Below are positions 21,378 to 30,152 of a DNA stretch of 61,384 nucleotides, piece by piece. Under the pieces are notes generated by a model. The model worked only from the letters and a program-made list of their open reading frames with translations, was not told the origin of the DNA and made no database searches. The stretch is from Clostridia bacterium (GTDB lineage: Bacteria > Bacillota > Clostridia > UMGS1883 > UMGS1540): contig JAZOQG010000011.1 in the NCBI GenBank assembly GCA_045656005.1, positions 1 to 61,384 of the forward strand. Reading direction: 5' to 3'. Numbering within the stretch: the stretch's first letter is position 1; each line of letters opens with the position of its first letter. Made by a program: the position numbers and the translations under genes.

Positions 21378-21887
21378 TTGAATTGCGAAAGAATTAAAAA
21401 AATGGCAGATGCCCTCGTTAAAAAAACAGGGAGCAGAAATCCTTTTGTTATAGCAGATGAAAATTCTATATTTATAAGATATATAAATGATTTTAAAACG
21501 CTTAAAGGTATGTACACGGTGATAAAAAGATGCCGTTTCATATTTATAAATGCAAATTTGCCCGAAGAAGTTCAGAGGGTTGTGTGTGCCCATGAAATAG
21601 GACATGATATGATTCACAGAGAAATGGCACAAATGGGTGCAATTTCAGAAACCTCGCTTTTTGATACAAAAAATTCATTTGAATTTGAGGCAAATGTGTT
21701 TGCTGCAGAACTTTTGATTGATGATAATATGATAGTTTCCATGGCAAAGGAAGGAATGAGTATAGGAAATATTGCATCAAGCCTTTCTCTCGATCCTGGA
21801 ATTGTCGAAATAAAATTTTTGTCTCTTGGAAGGCGCGGACATAAAATAGGAAAAACCCCATTTGGAGTCAAACAGGTTCTATCCTGA
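21378..21887 (+). CDS. ImmA/IrrE family metallopeptidase
   Basis: AHEIGH (HExxH) and EFEANVFAAELL; follows the XRE gene. Confidence 0.9.
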   Translation: MNCERIKKMADALVKKTGSRNPFVIADENSIFIRYINDFKTLKGMYTVIKRCRFIFINANLPEEVQRVVCAHEIGHDMIHREMAQMGAISETSLFDTKNSFEFEANVFAAELLIDDNMIVSMAKEGMSIGNIASSLSLDPGIVEIKFLSLGRRGHKIGKTPFGVKQVLS

Positions 21888-21906
21888 TAATTTTAAGGGA
21901 GAAATT

Positions 21907-22788
21907 ATGAAGAGGAAGAAAAAACAAAAATTTTTATATGTACTTATAGCTGCACTCTTAATGTTTGCATCAACATATATTGCAAATTTTATCGAAGGTT
22001 TTGAAAAAGATAAAATGCAGTTTCCGAAAGATGGAGAACTTTATGTTCACTTTATGGACGTAGGGCAGGCAGACAGCATACTTGTAAATTTCCCAAACGG
22101 GGAAAATATGCTTATTGATGCAGGGAATAATATTGACGGGGAGAGAGTTTCAGCTTATATAAAAGAATATGGTATAGAAAAAATTGATTATCTTGTCGGA
22201 ACACACCCTCATGCTGACCATATTGGCGGAATGGATGATGTTTTAAGAAATTTTGACATAGGCAGAATATATATGCCGAAAGCCACTGCAAATACTGTTA
22301 CATATGAAGATGTCCTTGTCGAAATAAAGAATAAGGGTCTCAAAATAACAGAGGCTAAAGAAGGAGTAGTAATTTCTGACGGAGACGTAAAGTGTGAGAT
22401 TTTGTCACCCTGTCGCAATTTTTATGAGGAACTTAATGACTATTCAGCAGTTGTGCGTTTGACATATGGCGAAACCTCGTTTTTGTTTACAGGAGATGCA
22501 GAAGAAGGTGTTGAAAGAGAGCTTTTAAGAAAATATAATCTTAAATCTGATGTTCTAAAGGTTTCCCACCATGGTTCGAACACTTCTTCCTGCTCTGAAT
22601 TTATAAATAATGTAAAGCCTCAGTTTGCAATAATATCCGTAGGTACAGGAAATGATTACGGACATCCTTCAGAAAAGGTTATAAAAAGACTTCAGAAGGC
22701 AGGGTGCGAAATTTTCAGAACAGATACAGATGGCGATATAATTCTTAGAAGCGACGGCTTGGATGTTTACTATGAAGGGGTGAGATAA
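21907..22788 (+). CDS. ComEC/Rec2-type metallo-beta-lactamase fold protein, N-terminally anchored
   Basis: DVGQADS, LIDAG, HPHADHIGG, FLFTGDAE, KVSHHGS, YGHP. Confidence 0.9.
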   Translation: MKRKKKQKFLYVLIAALLMFASTYIANFIEGFEKDKMQFPKDGELYVHFMDVGQADSILVNFPNGENMLIDAGNNIDGERVSAYIKEYGIEKIDYLVGTHPHADHIGGMDDVLRNFDIGRIYMPKATANTVTYEDVLVEIKNKGLKITEAKEGVVISDGDVKCEILSPCRNFYEELNDYSAVVRLTYGETSFLFTGDAEEGVERELLRKYNLKSDVLKVSHHGSNTSSCSEFINNVKPQFAIISVGTGNDYGHPSEKVIKRLQKAGCEIFRTDTDGDIILRSDGLDVYYEGVR

Positions 22789-22983
22789 ATGAATTTTGTT
22801 ATAGACAGATTTGAAGGAGAATGGGCAATACTTGAAGGAGAAAACAAAGAAATTTATAAATTTTCCGCATCTGCGCTTGAAGATTTTAAAGAAGGCGATG
22901 TTATTGCAATTTTAAAAGATGAGAATGAAATAAACAGAAGGAAAGATAGTATTAAAAGTCTATCTGATGAGCTTTTTGAGTAA
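22789..22983 (+). CDS. DUF3006-like small protein
   Basis: VIDRFEGEWAILE...KEGDVI; usual partner of the ComEC-like gene. Confidence 0.8.
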   Translation: MNFVIDRFEGEWAILEGENKEIYKFSASALEDFKEGDVIAILKDENEINRRKDSIKSLSDELFE

Positions 22984-23051
22984 AATCCCCCCTTTATTAA
23001 ATTTTAATATAAATTTTTTTAAAAAAATTTAATTTATTTCTACTTTGCCAC

Positions 23052-23080
23052 TTGAACTTTTATAAAAATTATGGTAAAAT
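23052..23080 (+). promoter_or_regulatory. sigma-A promoter of carAB, followed by a ~140-nt leader
   Basis: TTGAAC-17 bp-TAAAAT with TG extension. Confidence 0.6.
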
Positions 23081-23224
23081 ATAATGAAATTTGTTAAAAA
23101 ACAAGTTTTAACGTAACAAAGGTGCATTGGCTTTCGGTCTTGTCGGTGCGTTAAACATAGATGGTGGGTTTTTGGCTCATCGCTTGAAAACAGACCGTAA
23201 TATTTCAAAAAGGGGAGAATTGCT

Positions 23225-24292
23225 TTGGAAAAGGCGGCTTATTTAGTCTTGGAAAACGGTAAAATTTTTAAGGGCAAGTTTTTTGGCGTTCCTAAAAATG
23301 TGCTTGGCGAAGTTGTTTTTACTACTTCTATGAATGGTTATATTGAAACTTTGACAGACCCGAATTATTTCGGTCAGATTGTTGTTCAAACATTTCCTTT
23401 GATTGGGAACTATGGTGTTATGGAAAGTGACGTTGAAAGCAGTAGTGTTAAAGTAGCGGCTTATATTGTTAAGAGTTTGTGTGAAGTCCCCTCGAATTTC
23501 AGAAGTGAGGGCGCACTTGACACTTTTTTTAAGGAAAAAAATGTGACGTGCCTTTCGGGAATTGATACTCGTGCACTCACAAAGACCATTCGTGAATGTG
23601 GCAGCTTGAATGGCTTGATAACCGATAATATTGATAATATAGATTTCGGAAAAGTTAAATCCTATAAAATAGAAAATGTAACAGAAAGCCTTTCGACCAA
23701 GGAAATATATTCTGTAGGCGAAGGCAAAAAAAATGTTGTAGTTTATGATTTTGGTGTAAAAAACAGCATTGTAGATGTGTTTAAAAACAGAGGGTATAGA
23801 GTTTACGTAGTACCTTTTGATACACCTGCTAAGGAAGCACTTGAGCTTAATCCTTCGGGAATAGTATTTTCAAATGGTGGCGGAAACCCATGTGATAATA
23901 AAGTTTCTGCTGAAATTGTAAAAGAACTTTTTGAAAGCGGTATCCCGATGCTCGGTATCAGCCTCGGTCATGAGATTATGGCACTTGCAAACGGTTTTGA
24001 ATGTGAAAAACTTAAATATGGTCATCACGGTGCAAATATCCCCGTTAAAGATGCAGAAAGTGACAGAGTTTATATAACAAATCAGAATCACCTTTATGCA
24101 GTTTCTGCAAACAGTATTAAAAGCGATATAGCTGATGTTATTTTCTATAACGTTAACGATAAATCATGCGAAGGTCTTCGCTATAAAAATGCTCCTGCAA
24201 TTTCTGCGGAGTTTTATCCCGACAGTGCCGGTGGGCTTTGCGATACAACCTTTGTATATGACAAATTCTTTGATATGATGGAGGGAAGATAA
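23225..24292 (+). CDS. carA: Carbamoyl-phosphate synthetase small subunit with degenerate glutaminase site
   Basis: GEVVFTT, LTDP, PLIGNYG, QNH present; GISLGHE replaces GICLGHQ and EFYPD replaces QxHPE. Confidence 0.92.
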   Translation: MEKAAYLVLENGKIFKGKFFGVPKNVLGEVVFTTSMNGYIETLTDPNYFGQIVVQTFPLIGNYGVMESDVESSSVKVAAYIVKSLCEVPSNFRSEGALDTFFKEKNVTCLSGIDTRALTKTIRECGSLNGLITDNIDNIDFGKVKSYKIENVTESLSTKEIYSVGEGKKNVVVYDFGVKNSIVDVFKNRGYRVYVVPFDTPAKEALELNPSGIVFSNGGGNPCDNKVSAEIVKELFESGIPMLGISLGHEIMALANGFECEKLKYGHHGANIPVKDAESDRVYITNQNHLYAVSANSIKSDIADVIFYNVNDKSCEGLRYKNAPAISAEFYPDSAGGLCDTTFVYDKFFDMMEGR

Positions 24293-27200
24293 TGCCGCTT
24301 AATAAGAATATTAAAAAAGTTTTGGTTATAGGCTCCGGCCCTATTGTTATAGGTCAGGCGGCTGAATTTGATTTTGCTGGGACACAGGGTTGCCGAGCAA
24401 TAAGAGAAGATGGAATTGAAATCGTACTTCTCAACTCAAACCCTGCAACAATTATGACAGATAAGTCAATGGCTGACAGAATTTATATCGAGCCTATGAC
24501 TCTTACTACCGTTAAAAGAATAATCCAGAAAGAAAAACCCGATAGTATTTTGTCAGGTCTTGGCGGACAGACAGGACTTAATCTTTGTATGCAGCTTGCA
24601 AAAGAAGGTTTTCTTGAGGAAAACGGTGTAACACTTTTGGGTGTTTCTCCCGAAACTATAGATAAAGCTGAGGATAGACAGCTCTTTAAAGACACAATGG
24701 AAAGCATAAATCAGCCCTGTATTCCTTCAAAGGTTGTAACTGATGTTGAAGCTGCCTTGGAATTTGCAGAGGAGATAGGCTATCCCGTAATTGTTCGTCC
24801 TGCATTTACTTTGGGCGGTACAGGTGGCGGTATTGCAGATGATGCGGCACAGCTTTCTGAAATTGCAAGCGTAGGTCTCTCGCTTTCTCCTATTACTCAG
24901 GTACTTATTGAGAAATGTATTTCAGGCTGGAAAGAAATCGAATTTGAAGTAATGCGCGACAGTGCAGGAAACGCTATAACAGTATGCTCAATGGAAAACT
25001 TTGACCCTGTTGGTGTTCATACGGGCGACAGTATAGTTGTAGCACCAGCGGTAACACTTTCACCCAAAGAATATCAGATGCTTCGTACAGCCGCACTTGA
25101 CATAGTTTCGGCACTTGGAGTTGAAGGAGGATGTAACTGTCAGTTTGCACTTCATCCTGAGTCTTTTGAATATGCAGTTATCGAGGTAAACCCCAGAGTT
25201 TCCCGTTCTTCTGCTCTTGCATCAAAGGCAACAGGATATCCTATAGCAAAGGTTGCAACAAAGGTTGCAATAGGCTATCGCCTTGACGAAATTGTAAACT
25301 CCGTTACAGGAACCACTTATGCGGCGTTTGAGCCTGCAATAGATTATATTGCAGTTAAATTCCCGAAATGGCCGTTTGATAAATTTGTTTATGCAAAGAA
25401 AGAACTCGGCACACAGATGAAGGCAACAGGCGAGGTTATGTCTATTGATGATAACTTTGAAGGTGCACTTATGAAGGCAGTTCGTGGCGCAGAAATTGGA
25501 ATTGACACACTCAATTTCAAAGGAATGGATAAGAAAAGTGAAGAAAAACTTTTCAATATGATTAAAAAACCTACAGATTTGCGTCTTTTCGCTGTGTATG
25601 AAGCATTAAAAAGAGGTATTACACCCGAAAAAATCAATGAAATCAGTAAAATTGATAAATGGTTCCTTTATAAACTTTTGAATATTGTAAATTACGAAAA
25701 ACAACTTGGCGGTGAGGTTTCCGAGGAAATGTATTTCGAGGGTAAAAAACTCGGCTTCCTTGATAGTACAATCGGAAAAAGCTATGGTGCAAAACCAAAT
25801 TATAAAATGGTTGATACATGTGCATGTGAATATGCTGCAACAACCCCATATTTCTATGCTGCTTACGATAAGGAAGAAGCAGGCGGAATTAATGAGGCAG
25901 TTGACTTTAAGGATAAAAACGGCAAGAAAACAATTCTTGTACTCGGTTCTGGTCCTATAAGAATCGGTCAGGGAATTGAGTTTGACTACGCATCTGTTCA
26001 CTGTATTGAATCCCTTCAGAGAATGGGCTATGAGGTTGCAATCATCAATAATAATCCCGAAACCGTTTCAACAGATTTTGATACGGCTGACCGTCTTTAC
26101 TTCGAGCCACTTTGCGGTGAAGATGTAATGAACATCATAAACTTTGAAAAACCAGAGGGTGTTGTTGTTGCGTTCGGCGGCGGAACTGCAATTAAACTTA
26201 CAAAGCTTCTCAGTAAAAATAATATTCCGATTTTAGGAACATCTGCTGACAGCATTGATGCGGCAGAGGACAGAGAAAGATTTGAACAGCTTCTCGAAAG
26301 CCTTAATGTAAAAAGACCGAAAGGCTTTTCTGCAATGACTACCGAGGAAGCTCTTGCAATCGCAAATAAAATCGAATACCCCGTTTTAATCCGTCCTTCA
26401 TATGTTTTGGGCGGCCAGAACATGATTATCGCTTATGACGATAATGATATCAAAGAGTACATGGAAATTATCTTGAGACAAAAACAGGAAAATCCGATAC
26501 TCATTGATAAATATATAAACGGATATGAAATAGAAGTTGATGCAATTTGTGACGGAGAGGATATTTTAATTCCCGGTATCATGGAGCATATTGAAAGAAC
26601 AGGTATCCATTCAGGGGACTCCATTGCAGTTTATCCTCCGCAGAATATTGATGACTCTATTGCAAATGACATTTTTGAAACAACAAAGGCTATTTGCCTT
26701 GGACTTGGAGGCATCGGTCTTGTAAATATCCAGTATATCGTAAAAGATGGCGAGATTTATGTAATCGAGGTAAATCCTAGAGCATCAAGAACAGTTCCAT
26801 ATATGAGCAAAATCACAGGTATTCCAATGTGTGATATTGCAATGCTTGTTTCCCTCGGCACAAAGCTTCGTGATACAGAGTATGGTATCGGCCTTTATAA
26901 AACCTCTGCATATACAGCCGTTAAAGTGCCTGTGTTCTCTTTTGAGAAACTTACAGACGTTGATACTCAGCTCGGTCCTGAAATGAAATCAACAGGTGAG
27001 GTTTTGGGTATCGGCAAAAATCTTGAAGAAGCACTTTATAAAGGGCTTCTAGGTGCAGGCTATAAGATGTCAAAAACAGGCGGTGTGTTCTTAACTGTTC
27101 GTGACAGTGATAAAGATGAAATCGGTGATATTGCCGAGAAATTCAGCCAGATGGGATTTTTGCTTTATGCAACTGCAGGAACTGCAAGAGTTCTTGAAAA

Positions 27201-28320
27201 AATGGGACTTCGTGTAAAGGTTGTAAATAAAATTCACGAAAGTGAAGATAATTCAATGACACTTCTTGATAGCGGAAGTATCAAATATATTGTTTCAACC
27301 TCCAAAAAGGGAAGAGACCCGGTTCGTGACAGTGTTAAGATAAGAAGAAAAGCAAGCCTTCTCGGAATACCATGCCTTACTTCTATTGATACTGCAAATG
27401 CTCTTGCAAATACTCTTATGAGTAAATACAGTGAAATTAACACAGAGCTTGTTGATATAACTCACCTTCGTGCAGAAAAAATAAATCTTAAATTTACAAA
27501 GATGCAGGGCTGCGGAAACGATTATATTTATATTGATTGCTTTAAGCAGACAGTAAATTCACCTGAAAATCTCTCAGTATTTCTCACAGACCGTCACTTC
27601 GGAATAGGCGGTGACGGAGTTGTGCTTATCTGCCCTTCGGAAGTTGCAGATGCAAAAATGAGAGTGTTCAATGTTGACGGAAGCGAAGGAGAAATGGCAG
27701 GAACTTCCATAAGATGTGTCGCAAAATATCTTTATGATAATAAAATGGTGAATAAAGATACAGTAACGGTTGAAACTAAAAGCGGGGTTAAAACCTTAAA
27801 GCTTAAAACCGTTGGCGGACTTGTTTCAAGCGCACAGGTCAATATGGGACTTCCAACATTCAGCCCCAAATCTATTCCGATGAATGTTGAAGGGGAAACA
27901 GTTATAAATAAAAAAATTGAAGTTTGCGGAAAAGAATATGAAGTAACCGCACTTTCCTTTGGAAATCCTCATGCAGTAGTGTTTATGGATAACTCTGAAA
28001 AAATTGAAGTTTCAAAAATCGGACCGCAGTTTGAAAACTGCCCCATTTTCCCTGAAAAGGTTAATGCGGAATTTGTTCAGGTTCTCGATAATAAGACACT
28101 TCGCGTATCCGTATGGGAGAGAGGAAACGGGGAGACACTCGCCTGCGGAACAGGAGCATGCGCAGCAGTAGTTGCGGCAGTAATGTGCGGACATTGCGAG
28201 AAAAACAGCGATATTAAGGTTATGCTTTTGGGCGGAGAACTTACAATCCGCTACACAGACGAGGGAGTGTTTATGACAGGACCTTGCGAAAAAGTATTTG
28301 AAGGTATTGTAACAATCTAA
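24292..28320 (+). CDS. carB: Carbamoyl-phosphate synthetase large subunit fused to a C-terminal DapF-fold domain
   Basis: GSGPIVIGQAAEFD, two ATP-grasp units, MGS domain, then in frame LKFTKMQGCGNDY...GIGGDG...GNPH...WERGNGETLACGTG from ~27481. Confidence 0.93.
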   Translation: MPLNKNIKKVLVIGSGPIVIGQAAEFDFAGTQGCRAIREDGIEIVLLNSNPATIMTDKSMADRIYIEPMTLTTVKRIIQKEKPDSILSGLGGQTGLNLCMQLAKEGFLEENGVTLLGVSPETIDKAEDRQLFKDTMESINQPCIPSKVVTDVEAALEFAEEIGYPVIVRPAFTLGGTGGGIADDAAQLSEIASVGLSLSPITQVLIEKCISGWKEIEFEVMRDSAGNAITVCSMENFDPVGVHTGDSIVVAPAVTLSPKEYQMLRTAALDIVSALGVEGGCNCQFALHPESFEYAVIEVNPRVSRSSALASKATGYPIAKVATKVAIGYRLDEIVNSVTGTTYAAFEPAIDYIAVKFPKWPFDKFVYAKKELGTQMKATGEVMSIDDNFEGALMKAVRGAEIGIDTLNFKGMDKKSEEKLFNMIKKPTDLRLFAVYEALKRGITPEKINEISKIDKWFLYKLLNIVNYEKQLGGEVSEEMYFEGKKLGFLDSTIGKSYGAKPNYKMVDTCACEYAATTPYFYAAYDKEEAGGINEAVDFKDKNGKKTILVLGSGPIRIGQGIEFDYASVHCIESLQRMGYEVAIINNNPETVSTDFDTADRLYFEPLCGEDVMNIINFEKPEGVVVAFGGGTAIKLTKLLSKNNIPILGTSADSIDAAEDRERFEQLLESLNVKRPKGFSAMTTEEALAIANKIEYPVLIRPSYVLGGQNMIIAYDDNDIKEYMEIILRQKQENPILIDKYINGYEIEVDAICDGEDILIPGIMEHIERTGIHSGDSIAVYPPQNIDDSIANDIFETTKAICLGLGGIGLVNIQYIVKDGEIYVIEVNPRASRTVPYMSKITGIPMCDIAMLVSLGTKLRDTEYGIGLYKTSAYTAVKVPVFSFEKLTDVDTQLGPEMKSTGEVLGIGKNLEEALYKGLLGAGYKMSKTGGVFLTVRDSDKDEIGDIAEKFSQMGFLLYATAGTARVLEKMGLRVKVVNKIHESEDNSMTLLDSGSIKYIVSTSKKGRDPVRDSVKIRRKASLLGIPCLTSIDTANALANTLMSKYSEINTELVDITHLRAEKINLKFTKMQGCGNDYIYIDCFKQTVNSPENLSVFLTDRHFGIGGDGVVLICPSEVADAKMRVFNVDGSEGEMAGTSIRCVAKYLYDNKMVNKDTVTVETKSGVKTLKLKTVGGLVSSAQVNMGLPTFSPKSIPMNVEGETVINKKIEVCGKEYEVTALSFGNPHAVVFMDNSEKIEVSKIGPQFENCPIFPEKVNAEFVQVLDNKTLRVSVWERGNGETLACGTGACAAVVAAVMCGHCEKNSDIKVMLLGGELTIRYTDEGVFMTGPCEKVFEGIVTI

Positions 28321-28327
28321 AACAATC

Positions 28328-28561
28328 AGGGGATGTTAAAAATTCCCAGAGCACAAAAAGGCAATAGTTTTTATTGGCATTGTAAATTTAAAAAACATTA
28401 AAGTAACTACATTTTGTAGGGAAATCTCATAGCATGAGATTTCCCTGAATTTTTAAGCCTTTTTGCTACGAACAAACTTCACCTCTCGCTGTATAACATA
28501 CAGCTTCGGGTAACCCCTGCGGGTTCAGTTTGTCCGTTCTGAAACTTTTTTCCTATCCCCT
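28328..28561 (+). mobile_element. MITE-like dispersed structured repeat, copy 2
   Basis: Homologous to 2201-2419; TIRs AGGGGATnnnAAAAA; same AGGGAAATCTCA/TGAGATTTCCCT hairpin. Confidence 0.7.
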
Positions 28562-28579
28562 CTGTAATGGAGGTTTATT

Positions 28580-29320
28580 ATGTTGCGCAATTATAAAGAA
28601 GAAACCGAAAAAAGAGTAAAATTTATAAAAGACACACTTGAAAGTGCTCACGCAAAAGGAATTGTTTTCGGCAACAGCGGTGGAAAAGACTGTGCACTCG
28701 TGGGAATACTTTGCAAAATGGCATGCGAGGATACGGTGGGAGTAATTATGCCCTGCTCTTCAAGACGAAACTATGAAGAGGACATGCGTGACGGTATGGA
28801 GGTTGCAGAAAAATTCGGCATCGAAACAAGAGTTGTTGATATAACGGATGTGAAGGAAAAATTCCGAAGGATACTTGAAGGTAAGACCATGCTTTCTAAG
28901 ATGGCAGACACAAATATAAATCCACGTCTTCGTATGACTGTGCTTTATGCCATAGGTGCATCGGAAGGTAAACTTGTAGCAGGAACAGGTAACAGAAGTG
29001 AGCGATATATGGGCTACTTTACAAAGTGGGGTGACGGAGCTTGTGATTTAAATCCCATTTCCGACCTTACAGTTAAGGAGGTTTATGAATTTTTAGAATA
29101 CCTTGGAGCACCCGAGGCTATTATGACAAAAGCCCCTTCTGCCGCGCTTTTTGAAGGACAGAGTGACGAAGAGGATATGGGAATAAAATATGCCGATATT
29201 GATAAATTTTTGCTTACAGGCGAAATATCCGATGAAAATCGTGAGATTATAGAAAGATATAATAAAGGAAGCCGTCACAAGGTCAGAATGCCTGCGGTGT
29301 ATAGAGAAATTAATGAATAA
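28580..29320 (+). CDS. nadE: NH3-dependent NAD+ synthetase (no glutaminase domain)
   Basis: SGGKDC, NINPRLRM, GTGNRSE, GYFTKWGDG, PSAAL...DEEDMG; 246 aa. Confidence 0.92.
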   Translation: MLRNYKEETEKRVKFIKDTLESAHAKGIVFGNSGGKDCALVGILCKMACEDTVGVIMPCSSRRNYEEDMRDGMEVAEKFGIETRVVDITDVKEKFRRILEGKTMLSKMADTNINPRLRMTVLYAIGASEGKLVAGTGNRSERYMGYFTKWGDGACDLNPISDLTVKEVYEFLEYLGAPEAIMTKAPSAALFEGQSDEEDMGIKYADIDKFLLTGEISDENREIIERYNKGSRHKVRMPAVYREINE

Positions 29321-29342
29321 TTTTTAATTTGAAGCGGACACG

Positions 29343-29393
29343 CACAAAATACCCCCCCTCTCATATAATTAATTATATTGATTTATGGGAGGG
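29343..29393 (+). promoter_or_regulatory. sigma-E/K-type promoter of sigK inside an SD-occluding hairpin
   Basis: CACA-15 bp-CATATAAT; stem CCCTCTCATA/TATGGGAGGG. Confidence 0.55.
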
Positions 29394-29400
29394 CATTTTT

Positions 29401-30090
29401 ATGCTTATGGAGCTTATCTGCTTCTTGTTTAAAAATATTTTTATGGTGTCATTTGTAAGCGGAGGAAACTCATTTCCAAGGCAGCTTTCACAGGAAGAGG
29501 AAGAAGAGCTTTTAAAAAGGTATCAGGAAGGTGACATTGATGCCAAGAATATTTTAATTGAACATAATCTCCGCCTTGTAGCACACGTTGTAAAAAAATA
29601 TCAGGGAAGCGGAATTGAGAGCGACGATTTGATTTCCATAGGAACAATAGGACTTATAAAAGCAATATCTACATATAACTTAGATAAAAAAATAAGAATA
29701 GCAACTTATGCCGCAAGATGTATTGAAAATGAAGTTTTAATGGTTTTAAGGTCAAATCGCAAATTGCAAAACGAAGTATCGCTAAATGACCCTATTGGAT
29801 TTGATAAGGAAGGGAACGAAGTAAATCTCCTCGATATTTTAAGATGTGAGGACGATGACGTAATAGAAAAGATTGAAACAAGAAACACCGTGTCAAAACT
29901 TTATGACGGAATAAAAAAATGCCTTAAAGAGAGAGAGGCGCAGATACTTAAAAAAAGATATGGACTTTGCGGATATAAAGAAAAAACACAGCGTGAAATT
30001 GCGGAAGAAATGGGTATTTCCCGTTCTTATGTCAGTCGTATAGAAAAAAGGGCACTTTTAAAACTTAAATCTTGCTTTGAAAATAAATAA
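29401..30090 (+). CDS. sigK: Sporulation sigma factor pro-sigma-K, uninterrupted
   Basis: Hydrophobic pro-sequence then NSFPRQLS, LIEHNLRLVAHVVKKY, DDLISIGTIGLIKA, TYAARCIENEVLM, SRSYVSRIEK. Confidence 0.9.
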   Translation: MLMELICFLFKNIFMVSFVSGGNSFPRQLSQEEEEELLKRYQEGDIDAKNILIEHNLRLVAHVVKKYQGSGIESDDLISIGTIGLIKAISTYNLDKKIRIATYAARCIENEVLMVLRSNRKLQNEVSLNDPIGFDKEGNEVNLLDILRCEDDDVIEKIETRNTVSKLYDGIKKCLKEREAQILKKRYGLCGYKEKTQREIAEEMGISRSYVSRIEKRALLKLKSCFENK

Positions 30091-30152
30091 AAGTATTTCA
30101 TTTTTTAAAAAAATGTGATAAAATATGTAAAAATGCTAAAGAGGTAAAAAAG

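Noticed and set aside
28670-28693. NadE P-loop reads SGGKDC rather than SGGxDS
   Set aside because: Single conservative change with all other motifs intact; no evidence of altered function
29401-30090. Possible skin-like interruption of sigK
   Set aside because: The ORF is continuous with all sigma regions; no recombinase nearby
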